Shown: piece by piece, positions 1 through 9,600 of the stretch | Layout of the letters: each line of letters begins with the position of its first letter | Numbering within the stretch: the first letter of the stretch is position 1 | Assembly (NCBI GenBank): GCA_022844165.1 | Contig: JALHMH010000004.1 | Coordinates: forward strand, 1-64,000 | Length of the DNA stretch: 64,000 nt | Direction of reading: 5' to 3' | DNA from: Lysobacterales bacterium | GTDB taxonomy: Bacteria > Pseudomonadota > Gammaproteobacteria > Xanthomonadales > SZUA-5 | The notes under the pieces: generated by a model | What the model saw: the letters and a program-made list of their open reading frames with translations, nothing else | The model's database searches: none | What the model was told of the DNA's origin: nothing | Made by a program: the position numbers and the translations under genes

Positions 1-384
1 CGTTGGACCGAATTTGTTGCCGATGCCGCGCTGCCGAGTGCCGACTGGGCAGGACCTGTCTTCGATCAGATTCGCGTGGCTCTGGCCGAGGGTGCCGTGG
101 ATCTTCTGCTTCCCGACGACGACACGGCCATTGCCGAGCGCGTGGCGGCGTTGAAGAGCTGGTGTGGCGGTTTTTTGGGCGGCCTGGGATTGGGCGGGCT
201 CGGCAAATCGACTAAGCTGTCCGCGGAGGCTGAGGAATTGTTGGTCGATGTACGCGAGATCAGCCGCTCGGACATCAGTTTCGATCCGGATGAGGAAGCC
301 GACGAAAATGCGTTGATGGAGCTTTGCGAGTATGTACGCATGGGGGCGGTATTGATCAGAGACGAACTGGGACAACCCGGATGA
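1..384 (+). CDS. UPF0149 (YgfB/YecA) family protein, 5' end probably outside the window
   Basis: LLPDDD..RVAALKSWCGGFLGGLG and ELCEYVRMG motifs; directly upstream of pepP as in the conserved ygfB-pepP arrangement. Confidence 0.85.
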   Translation, partial: RWTEFVADAALPSADWAGPVFDQIRVALAEGAVDLLLPDDDTAIAERVAALKSWCGGFLGGLGLGGLGKSTKLSAEAEELLVDVREISRSDISFDPDEEADENALMELCEYVRMGAVLIRDELGQPG

Positions 385-1706
385 GCGCCAAACCGAACGA
401 GATCAAACGTCGCCGCAAGCAACTGATGGACCTGGCCGGACGCGGTTCGATCTTGATCGCCCCGGCCGCGCCAGAACGTATCCGCAACAACGATGCGCAT
501 TACCCATACCGTCAGGACAGCGACTTTTTCTATTTGACCGGTTTCGAAGAGCCGCACGCAGTTCTGGTTCTCGTGCCTGGCCGCGAAGCGGCGGAGAGCA
601 TTTTGTTCTGTCGCGATCGCGATCGCGCCCGAGAGCAATGGGACGGACCCCGGCTTGGTCCTGAGCGGGCGCCCGAGGCGTTGTTGGTCGACGATGCTTT
701 TCCAATCGAGGACATCGACGACATTCTGCCGGGGCTGATCGAAGGGCGCGATCGCATTTACTACCATTTCGGTCACGACGCGGATTTCGATTTGAAGGTT
801 TTGAACTGGGTCAATCGTGTCCGCGCACAAGTCCGTCGTGGTGCGCGCGCCCCGCACGAAATCGTTGCGTTAGGTTATTTGCTGCACGAACTGCGGCTGT
901 TTAAGAGCAAGAGCGAGCTGAAAGCCATGCAGCGTGCGGCCGACATCGCTGCCGATGCTCATGTGCGCATCATGCAGGTCTGCCGTCCTGGATTGACCGA
1001 GTTCGAAATCGAAGCCGAAGTGTTGCACACCTTCCGGCGGCAGCTGGCCGTTCCGTCTTACGAACCGATCGTCGCCGCGGGCGCAAACGCATGCATCCTG
1101 CACTATCGGGCCAATCGCGATGTGCTCAAAAATGGCGATTTGCTGTTGGTGGATGCCGGCGCGGAGTATGGTTGTTACGCCAGCGACATCACGCGCACGA
1201 TTCCGATCGGCGGCAGGTTCACCACCGAACAGCGTGCGATCTATGACATCGTGCTGGCCGCACAATTGGCGGCCATCGATCAAGCGCGTGCAGGCAAACA
1301 CTGGAACGATCCTCACGATGCCGCGGTGCGCGTCATTACCCAGGGGTTGATCAAGCTTGGTTTGCTCAAAGGCACGTTGGCGAAGAACCTGAAGGACGAG
1401 AAGTACAAGTCGTTTTTCATGCACAAGACAGGCCACTGGCTGGGGCTGGATGTGCACGATGTCGGCGACTATCGGATCGACGGCGAGCCGCGTATGTTGG
1501 AGCCGGGCATGGTGATGACGGTTGAGCCCGGAATCTATATCGAGGCAGATCGCAAAGACGTGCCGGCGCCCTACCGGGGCATTGGTGTACGTATCGAAGA
1601 CGATGTGCTCGTGACCAGCGGCGAACCCCTGGTGTTGACAGCAAAGGTGCCGAAGACGGCCGCCGAAATCGAGGCGCGAATGGCACCTATGCGGCGCGCC
1701 GCATGA
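381..1706 (+). CDS. pepP: Xaa-Pro aminopeptidase (aminopeptidase P)
   Basis: YRQDSDFFYLTGF, DAGAEY..YASDITRT, HWLGLDVHD, TVEPGIY and GVRIEDD motifs; ATG at 381 overlaps the upstream stop. Confidence 0.97.
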   Translation: MSAKPNEIKRRRKQLMDLAGRGSILIAPAAPERIRNNDAHYPYRQDSDFFYLTGFEEPHAVLVLVPGREAAESILFCRDRDRAREQWDGPRLGPERAPEALLVDDAFPIEDIDDILPGLIEGRDRIYYHFGHDADFDLKVLNWVNRVRAQVRRGARAPHEIVALGYLLHELRLFKSKSELKAMQRAADIAADAHVRIMQVCRPGLTEFEIEAEVLHTFRRQLAVPSYEPIVAAGANACILHYRANRDVLKNGDLLLVDAGAEYGCYASDITRTIPIGGRFTTEQRAIYDIVLAAQLAAIDQARAGKHWNDPHDAAVRVITQGLIKLGLLKGTLAKNLKDEKYKSFFMHKTGHWLGLDVHDVGDYRIDGEPRMLEPGMVMTVEPGIYIEADRKDVPAPYRGIGVRIEDDVLVTSGEPLVLTAKVPKTAAEIEARMAPMRRAA

Positions 1707-2113
1707 TGCCGGAAGTGTTTGCCGATCTGATTCTGTTTGTCCACGCGCTGATTGTGGCTTTTGTGGTCTTTTCGCTTCCGCTGACGCTGATCGGTGGTTG
1801 GCGCAGATGGCAGTGGGTGCAGAATCCGTGGTTTCGTTTTTCGCATTTGGCACTGATCGTTTTCATCGTCGCACAAACGTGGCTGGGAGAACTTTGTCCG
1901 CTGACGATTTGGGAGAATGATCTGCGCGGCGCCGGTGGTCCCGGCGAGTCGTTTATCGGCTATTGGCTTCGCGCGTTGATCTTCGTCGACGCGCCGCTCA
2001 GTGCGTTGGCGCTGATCTACACGGCATTCGCTGCGCTCGTTGCGCTGTCGTTCTGGTGGGTTCCTGTGCGTGGCGGTCTGCACCAGCGGCACATGGGTGA
2101 CGGGGCAGGGTGA
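1703..2113 (+). CDS. DUF2784 family membrane protein
   Basis: LADLIL..H-type start and CPLTIWENDLR..G..SFIGYWL motif; overlaps the pepP stop. Confidence 0.85.
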   Translation: MMPEVFADLILFVHALIVAFVVFSLPLTLIGGWRRWQWVQNPWFRFSHLALIVFIVAQTWLGELCPLTIWENDLRGAGGPGESFIGYWLRALIFVDAPLSALALIYTAFAALVALSFWWVPVRGGLHQRHMGDGAG

Positions 2114-2242
2114 CGACCATGCGGAGTTGCGAAGCGGGATGTATTTGGATAGGCCGGCGGCTGCACCAGCGGGCTGCCGCGCGCCGCACAATCCGTCCCG
2201 GTTCCCGTGCCCCTTGCCCCGCTCCCGGTTCGAAGCGCACCC

Positions 2243-4297
2243 ATGCACCCTAGCTCCCCATTCCTCGAGAGCTTCGCGATCGTTCTGTGCGTTGCGGCCG
2301 CGACCACGGTGGCATGCCAGCGGCTGAAGCTGCCCGTGGTGATGGGCTATCTCGCCGCAGGGGTCTTGATTGGTCCGCATGCGCCGCCGTTGTTAGTGGC
2401 GGACAAAGACACCATCACCACACTGTCGGAGATGGGAATCATCTTGCTGATGTTCTCCATTGGTATGGAGCTCAGCGTGCGCAAACTCGTCGAGGTTGGT
2501 CCAAAAAGTGGCGCAGTGTGCTTGATCGAAATGGGGTTGATGGCAATTTTGGGGTATCTCGTCGCGCGCCTGCTGGGTTTCCCACCGATTGAGTGCGCTT
2601 TTGTGGCGGCGATGGTGTCGATCTCATCGACCACGATCATCGCGCGCACGTTCGACGAACATCGCGTCAGACAGAAACTGCGCGAAGGCGTGTTCAGCGC
2701 TTTGGTGATGGAAGACGTTGTTGCGGTGCTGTTGATCGCGGTGCTGACGACGTTGGCGATGACGCAGAGCTTCGACATCGCAGCGTTAGCCGCCGCCGCC
2801 GGTCGGCTGACGGTGTTCTTGATGGTGCTGATGGTGGTGGGCGTGTTGGTTGTGCCGCGATTGATCCGCAGCGTGGTCGCGCTGAATCGACCGGAGACCA
2901 CATTGGTCACGGCCGTTGGGGTGTGTTTTGCGGCTGCGCTCGCGGCGCAGCGTTATGAGTATTCGGTGGCGCTGGGTGCATTCCTGGCCGGATGCCTGGT
3001 GGCCGAATCGGGTGAAGGTCATCGGATCGGCATACAGATTCGGCCGCTGCGCGACATTTTTACGGCGGTGTTCTTCGTCTCCGTGGGTTTGTCCATAGAC
3101 CCGATGCAGTTGCTCGCCGAGTGGCGGTTAATTGCACTTTTCAGCGTCATCGTCGTGGTCGGGAAGTTTGTTGGCGTCACCCTTGGATTTTTCCTGGTCG
3201 GTAACTCTATACGTCAAGCCACTCAAGCCGGCGCTGCGATGGGCCAGATCGGCGAATTCAGTTTCATCATTGTCGGTCTGGGTGTTGCATTGAATGCGAT
3301 CGACAGCCGTTGGCTGCCCGTCGCGGTGGGCGTATCGTGTTTGACGATCATGCTCACGCCATTCGCGGTAAGCCGATCAGCGCGGTTCGGCGAGTGGATT
3401 GAGGCTCGATTGCCACGTCCGTTGCAGACCTTTGCCAGTCTATACGGCACCTGGGTCGAGCAATTGGGTCGTGCGCAGACTGCCACGCACGTGCGCGCCA
3501 AAGCGATGCGCCTCGTGCGTCTGATCGTGATCGACGCTGCGCTGCTGGTTGGAATCCTGATTACCGGTGCCGTGGGCAGCGACGAGTTGGCAACCTACTT
3601 GAAGAAGTCACTGCCAGCCGCAGCGGACTTTATGCGCTGGCTCGTGGTCGCCGGATTCGTCATATTGGCCGCACCGTTGGCCTTGGGGTTGTTTCGCCTG
3701 ATCCGTGCATTAGGACGCGAACTGGCCATCTCCGCGTTGCCGCCCGCGCCGGATGGTGGTGTCGATTTTGCACAGGCGCCGCGCCGCACCTTTGTTGTGA
3801 CCTTGCAATTGGGCATCACGGCTATCGTTTTGCTGCCCTGCGTTGCGATTACACAACCCTTCATACCGGGTATCAAGGGCGCGTTGCCGCTGCCGTTGAT
3901 CCTCGGTATCGCCGCTTTCGCATTCTGGCGAAGCGCGACGCAATTGCAGGGTCACGTGCGTGCAGGCGCCCAGGCGCTTGCCGAGGCGGTCGCGGTTTCC
4001 GCCCGTGGCCCTGGCGAATCGATGGATGAAATGGAGCAGCTGCTCCCTGGCCTGGGTCAACTCGCATCGCATCGAATCGAACCGGACAGCGCCTGGTGCC
4101 GGCGCAGCCTCGGCGAGTTGAACTTGCGAGCGACCACGGGTGCCAGCATTCTGGCAATCCGTCGGGGCGAAGACGCTGTGTTGACGCCAGACGGTCGTGA
4201 ACTCTTGAAGCCGGGTGACGTGTTGGTGCTCGCGGGTACCGACGAAGCACTGACCGCAGCACGCCAGGCACTTAACTCAGGCGCGCGGTTTGAATAA
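2243..4297 (+). CDS. CPA2 family cation:proton antiporter with C-terminal TrkA-C (RCK-C) domain
   Basis: GIILLMFSIGME, SISSTTII, ALGAFLAG, LRDIFTAVFFVSVG, QIGEFSF; C-terminal LGELNLRATTGASILAIRRG. Confidence 0.93.
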   Translation: MHPSSPFLESFAIVLCVAAATTVACQRLKLPVVMGYLAAGVLIGPHAPPLLVADKDTITTLSEMGIILLMFSIGMELSVRKLVEVGPKSGAVCLIEMGLMAILGYLVARLLGFPPIECAFVAAMVSISSTTIIARTFDEHRVRQKLREGVFSALVMEDVVAVLLIAVLTTLAMTQSFDIAALAAAAGRLTVFLMVLMVVGVLVVPRLIRSVVALNRPETTLVTAVGVCFAAALAAQRYEYSVALGAFLAGCLVAESGEGHRIGIQIRPLRDIFTAVFFVSVGLSIDPMQLLAEWRLIALFSVIVVVGKFVGVTLGFFLVGNSIRQATQAGAAMGQIGEFSFIIVGLGVALNAIDSRWLPVAVGVSCLTIMLTPFAVSRSARFGEWIEARLPRPLQTFASLYGTWVEQLGRAQTATHVRAKAMRLVRLIVIDAALLVGILITGAVGSDELATYLKKSLPAAADFMRWLVVAGFVILAAPLALGLFRLIRALGRELAISALPPAPDGGVDFAQAPRRTFVVTLQLGITAIVLLPCVAITQPFIPGIKGALPLPLILGIAAFAFWRSATQLQGHVRAGAQALAEAVAVSARGPGESMDEMEQLLPGLGQLASHRIEPDSAWCRRSLGELNLRATTGASILAIRRGEDAVLTPDGRELLKPGDVLVLAGTDEALTAARQALNSGARFE

Positions 4298-4480
4298 CGC
4301 GGCGTCGAGAATCGACCACAAGTGGATCAGCCAGCCGAGCAGCATCAACCACAGCACGGCGGCCAGGACAAATTGCGTTAACGCCATTAACAACCGCCCT
4401 TGCAGCAGCTGGCCCAGTCCTGGGATGAAAAAACTCGCCAATGCTGCGATCACATTGCCTGTGCTGCCTTGCCCGCTCAT
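4277..4480 (-). CDS. small membrane protein (TM2-like SFFIPGLGQ motif)
   Basis: IAALASFFIPGLGQLLQGR followed by two hydrophobic helices. Confidence 0.75.
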   Translation of the reverse strand: MSGQGSTGNVIAALASFFIPGLGQLLQGRLLMALTQFVLAAVLWLMLLGWLIHLWSILDAALFKPRA

Positions 4481-4508
4481 GGTCATCGTTCCTCGAGTAT
4501 TTCACTAA

Positions 4509-4660
4509 CGCGTCGTTGAGAAACGCACTTCCTGTGAGTTTCTCAAGTCGCAAGTCCGGCACATGTCCGGACTCGCTCCCCATGGATCAAGCGCTTACGT
4601 GCTCGACCCATGTGCGAACCATCCATGGTTCGTGCCCGAAGGCTGTTTCTCAACAGCCTG
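4509..4660. mobile_element. MITE family A, copy 1
   Basis: terminal inverted repeat core GTTGAGAAAC/GTTTCTCAAC; flanked by direct repeat CTAA (4505-4508, 4661-4664); inverted diverged copy at 17193-17329. Confidence 0.75.
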
Positions 4661-4741
4661 CTAAACCAAGACGATGCGCAGATACGCGCAAATCAAGTTG
4701 GCAATGCTGAACTATCGTTGCCAGTATCGTCAGACTAGCGC

Positions 4742-4771
4742 TTGACTTGTACTGCCAGCAATCCGTAGCCT
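4742..4771 (+). promoter_or_regulatory. putative sigma70 promoter of the tRNA operon
   Basis: TTGACT-N18-TAGCCT followed by a GC-rich discriminator-like stretch just upstream of tRNA-Ala. Confidence 0.5.
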
Positions 4772-4787
4772 ACGCGGCTCCGTGAGA

Positions 4788-4863
<76 letters not shown>

Positions 4864-4869
4864 AGTTAA

Positions 4870-4945
4870 GTCCCCATCGTCTAGAGGCCTAGGACACCGC
4901 CCTTTCACGGCAGTAACCGGGGTTCGAATCCCCGTGGGGACGCCA
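4870..4945 (+). tRNA. tRNA-Glu(TTC)
   Basis: GTCCCCATCGTCTAGAGGCCTAGGACA..., loop CTTTCAC, GGTTCGAATCC, CCA end. Confidence 0.97.
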
Positions 4946-4950
4946 GCGCA

Positions 4951-4980
4951 CAAAAATGCCGCCGCAAGGCGGCTTTTTTG
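4951..4980 (+). terminator. intrinsic terminator after the tRNA operon
   Basis: GCCGCC-GCAA-GGCGGC hairpin followed by a T run and preceded by an A run. Confidence 0.85.
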
Positions 4981-5091
4981 TTGCCACAAATAAATGACAC
5001 ACGGATTGCAGAACATAGATTCTTCGCTCTAAGCAGAGCAGCCACCATCGTCGCATTGGCGCTGGGGGCGCTTTCGACCGAGGGGAACTCA

Positions 5092-5877
5092 ATGAGTGCA
5101 AGAACGCTGCTCGTGATCTTCGCAATTGTGGCCACACCGGCGGCCGCTACAGTGTTTCCAGTCACCGATTCGGATGAGCTGATCACGGCGATCGATATCG
5201 CAAATTCCACTGCCGGGGCCGACATCATCACTCTGGAGCGCGGCTTGTTCGTGGTGACCAGGGCGCATGCCGAAAGTCATCAGGCGGCATTACCGGAGAT
5301 CAAGACGCCGATTGTCATCCGCGGCAACGGTTCGGAACTGCGGCGCTATTCGAACGACGACTTTCGTTTAATCCATGTTGCAGAAGGTGGGCATTTGCGT
5401 CTTGAGGGTTTGGTGCTCGCCGAGGGATCGCTCGGTGCGATCCGCAACCACGGTGTCGCCGAATTGCGGCGCGTGACGCTGGTCGACTCCACTGCACGCG
5501 GCGCGCAGGCGATCGTCGAAAACTACGGCGAAATGCGCATCGACCACAGCCAGTTGAGCTTCAACACTTTAGCTGGGGCGGCGCGCGATGCGGGCACGAT
5601 CATCAACTGGGGCACGTTGTCGCTGACGTCGACAACCTTTCAGGGCAACCGTCTATCGCGACGATTTGATGGGGTTGCGCTGGCCTCGACACTGTTGAAC
5701 TACGGTACGGCAGATATTCACGATATCGTGATCGCCGAGAACATCGCTGGCGATGAAGACGCGAACGGCGCGCCCCAGGCACCTCTGGTGAATCTTGGCA
5801 ATGGTCGCCTGACGCTGAAGCTCGTTCGTGAGCACGACAACTCGCCCGGGGACGCATTGGTGGCTCGGGCGCTCTGA
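5092..5877 (+). CDS. secreted beta-helix (pectin-lyase-like) hypothetical protein
   Basis: signal peptide; LITAIDIAN..GADIITL cap motif; repeated xxNxGxLxL turns; SD-like GAGGGG upstream. Confidence 0.7.
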   Translation: MSARTLLVIFAIVATPAAATVFPVTDSDELITAIDIANSTAGADIITLERGLFVVTRAHAESHQAALPEIKTPIVIRGNGSELRRYSNDDFRLIHVAEGGHLRLEGLVLAEGSLGAIRNHGVAELRRVTLVDSTARGAQAIVENYGEMRIDHSQLSFNTLAGAARDAGTIINWGTLSLTSTTFQGNRLSRRFDGVALASTLLNYGTADIHDIVIAENIAGDEDANGAPQAPLVNLGNGRLTLKLVREHDNSPGDALVARAL

Positions 5878-5911
5878 ACCCGCGTCAGGCGCACCAACGG
5901 AAAAGCACCGC

Positions 5912-6451
5912 ATGCCTGCAAAAGATCAGACTGCCACATTTTCCAGCGAGGTGCTGGTCGCCGAGGGAAAAGAGTTCTTCTTCGCCAAAGTTCCGCCTAA
6001 GATCAGTCAGTCGCACCTGAGGCGGGGGAGAATGACCGCGAGAATAGTCGTTGGCGAACGCAGCTTCGATGCTCAGATGGAGCCAGACGGAAAACTCGGG
6101 CACTGGTTCATTGTCCCGTCTGACGTCACGAAGCGGGAAAAACTCGCTGGCAGACAACCGACGTTCGTACTGAGCAAGTTGGATCGGCAACCCGAGCCAG
6201 TCCTTCCAACGAGCTTCGCATCTCTCTTGAGTAAAAGTCCGGCCGCTCAGGCCACGTGGGCTGGCACCAGTACGTTGGCAAGAATCGATTGGGTGCATTG
6301 GATGGAATCGGCCAGGCAAGATGCCACAAAGAGAGAACGAGCGGCCAATGCGATTGACATGCTTGAGAAAGGCAAGAAGCGGGTGTGTTGTTTCGACCCG
6401 TCCGGCTTCTTCAGCAAGGCATTCGCCTGCCCAGTGGAAGCCAGTGAGTAA
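5912..6451 (+). CDS. DUF1905 + YdeI/OmpD-associated family protein
   Basis: EPDGKLGHWF, ARIDWVHWMESARQDATKRER..MLEKGKKRVCCFD. Confidence 0.8.
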   Translation: MPAKDQTATFSSEVLVAEGKEFFFAKVPPKISQSHLRRGRMTARIVVGERSFDAQMEPDGKLGHWFIVPSDVTKREKLAGRQPTFVLSKLDRQPEPVLPTSFASLLSKSPAAQATWAGTSTLARIDWVHWMESARQDATKRERAANAIDMLEKGKKRVCCFDPSGFFSKAFACPVEASE

Positions 6452-6673
6452 GCGCGATCCCGGTGCCCCGCATCTTCTTCGTGGCTTCGCGTAAGTTGCT
6501 TTAGCTGCCGCAGGCTGCATCCGGCGCCACGGCGGTACTTTGTCGCGCGTTGCTGGCTGCCAACCGCGCGGAGCGCAACCTTCGGTCGCATCACCAATTC
6601 AGTGCAAGTTGCCCCCGCTTGTCGCTTCGGAGCGCTATCTTTGCGCCTCCTTCGCATTTCCACGACATTTCAC

Positions 6674-9600
6674 ATGAGCGCGACGCAATCTCAAGCTTCG
6701 GCGGGTCTGGCAGACGTGATCAAGGCGCTGGCGGCAAGCTGTGCAGGCCCCAAACTTAAAGAGGCGACGGCCTTTTCCCGTACGCTCTTTGAGCACCATC
6801 CTGAAGAGGAATATGCCGAACGCGGTGCGGAGAAGTGGGCGGGACTGGCGACGGATTTGTTGCGCTTCTTCCGCGAGCGATCGGCTGGTGCGGCCAAGGT
6901 GCGCGTCTACAACCCGTCCCAGGACGATAATGGTTGGGACTCGACACATACCGCCATCCAGATCGTTAACGACGACATGCCGTTTCTGGTTGATACCGTG
7001 TCGATGGCGGTCGGCGTCGCCGGAACGCTGACGCACCTCATTTTGCATCCCGTCATGAAGGTGCAGCGGGACCCTGGTGGTCATGTACTGAATTTCGGCG
7101 AAGACGGTGCCGCTGAGTCGTTGATCCATATGGAAATCGACCGGATCACCGAGCCTGAAGAACTGGACGCGCTTTGCAAGCGGATTCAGGCAGCGCTCGA
7201 CGACGTTCGTGCCTGTGTGCGCGACTTCACGGGCATGCACCGAAAGATGCTCGAAATCGCCGAGAGTCTCGATGCCAGTGTTTTGCCCCAGGATGCCGAG
7301 CTGATCGCCGAATGTGCGGATTATTTGCGTTGGGCGGCGGACAACCATTTCACATTCTTGGGCTACCGATCGTACGAAACCAAAATCGTCGGTGGCCAGG
7401 AAGTGCTGGTGATGATCGGCGGCACCGGACTGGGTTTGTTGCGTGGCGAAGCGAACAGCACAGCGCCGCGTCCTCTGGCTTCGCTCGCCGCGCGCGATCT
7501 GCCGCCTGACGCCGTGCCGGATCTGCTGATCCTGTCGAAAACCAACGCGCGCTCTACGGTCCATCATCCGGGATATATGGATTACATCGGCGTGCTGCGT
7601 TTTGACGCGAATGGCAAAGCCATCGGCGAAGATCGATTTTTGGGCCTTTACACGTCGACGGCTTACACCACTCGGCCCAAAGACATTCCGCTGATTCGCA
7701 CCAAATTCGATGCTGTGCTGAAGGCCAGCAAACTGCATCCGGCGGGCCACGCGGCAAAACGACTGCAGCACATCATCGAGACGTTGCCGCGCGATGAGTT
7801 GTATCAAGCCTCCAACGACGAGCTGCACGAAATGTCGATGGGCATCCTGCACCTGCAGGAACGCCAGCGGACTCGCCTTTTCGTGCGCCGCGACCGTTTC
7901 GGTCGGTTCTTTTCGTGCCTGGTGTACATCCCTCGAGAGCGTTTCACCAGCGAAATCCGTGAGCGCATTGAGCAGACGTTGAAGCGCGCTTTCGTGGGTG
8001 AGCGTTTCGACTCAAGCGTCGCCGTGTCCGAGTCGGTGTTGGCGCGATTGCACGTGGTTGTCCGGCCCAGGATCGGCGAGCGAGTCGACGTCAACCTTAA
8101 AGAAGTTGAAGCGAAACTGGCGCAAATCGTACGCAATTGGCAAGACGAGCTGCGCGAGCTCTTGATCAGCAAACACGGCGAAGAGCGCGGCACCAGACTC
8201 GCGAATCGATACGGCAAAGCGTTGCCGATGGGGTATATCGAGTCGGTGACGCCCTGGGTGGCGGCGGCCGATGTCGAGTCCGCAGCGCTACTCAAAGATG
8301 CGAACGACGTGCGTTTGTCGCTTTATCGCCCGCGCAAAAAAGCCGATGGAGCGCTGCGATTCAAGGTTTTCAGGATGGGCCAGGCGATTGTCCTGTCGGA
8401 TGCGCTGCCGATGCTCGAAAATATGGGTCTGCGGGTGTTAACCGAGCATCCCTACGAAATGGCGATGCACGGGCTGAATATCTTTATTCAGGACTTCGAA
8501 GTCGAACCGCAGGTCGCGCTTGGCGAAAATCTCGAACACGCGCGCGAGCGGTTTCAGGTGGCCTTTGAGCAACTCTGGCGCGGTCGCGTCGAAAACGACG
8601 GCTTCAATCGTCTTGTGCTGGCGGCCGAGATCGACGTACGCGAAGTGGCCATGCTTCGCGGCTATTGCAAGTATCTGCTGCAAACGGGTGTGCCGTACTC
8701 TCAAGCCTATGTCGAGCGCACGCTCAGTACCCATCCGGCTATCGCACGACTGCTTGTCGAGCTGTTCCATGCGCGCTTCGATCCAGAGCGCGAGCACAAG
8801 GCCCATGCCGATCAGGCTCGCCGCCGCATGGAGCGCGAAGTCGGAAACATCATCGGCGAGAGCATTCGCAGCAAGCTCCCGGCACTCGTGGGTCATGTGC
8901 TGGATGGCTATGTGAAACCGCGCAGCGAACAGGCGCCCATTATCGAACATGCCTTAGGTGAGTTGCTGGAGTTGGTTTCCAGTCTCGATGAAGATCGCAT
9001 CTTGCGCGCATTCAAGGAACTCATGCGCGCCACCTTGCGGACCAACTTCTATCAACGCGTCGATGGCAGGGCCAAGGACTACATTTCGTTCAAATTCGAT
9101 TCGAGCAAGGTCCCGAATCTGCCCAAACCGATCCCGTTCCGCGAAATCTTCGTGTACTCACCGCGCGTCGAGGGTGTCCATCTGCGGATGGGCATGGTTG
9201 CGCGCGGCGGCTTGCGCTGGTCCGATCGCCGCGAGGATTTTCGCACCGAAGTGTTGGGCTTGATGAAGGCGCAACAAGTCAAGAACACGGTGATTGTGCC
9301 GGTCGGCGCGAAAGGTGGGTTTTATGTCAAGCAGCCGCCGATCGGTGGCGATCGCGATGCGGTGTTGGGCGAGGGCGTGGCCTGTTATCGCACGTTCATC
9401 CGCGGGCTGTTGGATGTCACCGATAACATCGTCGAAGGCAAGCTCGTGCCGCCGGACAGAGTTGTACGCCACGACATCGACGATCCCTACCTGGTTGTCG
9501 CCGCCGACAAAGGCACGGCGACTTTTTCCGATATCGCCAACGCGCTGAGCCAGGAGTATGGGTTCTGGCTCGACGATGCGTTTGCGTCGGGCGGCAGTAA

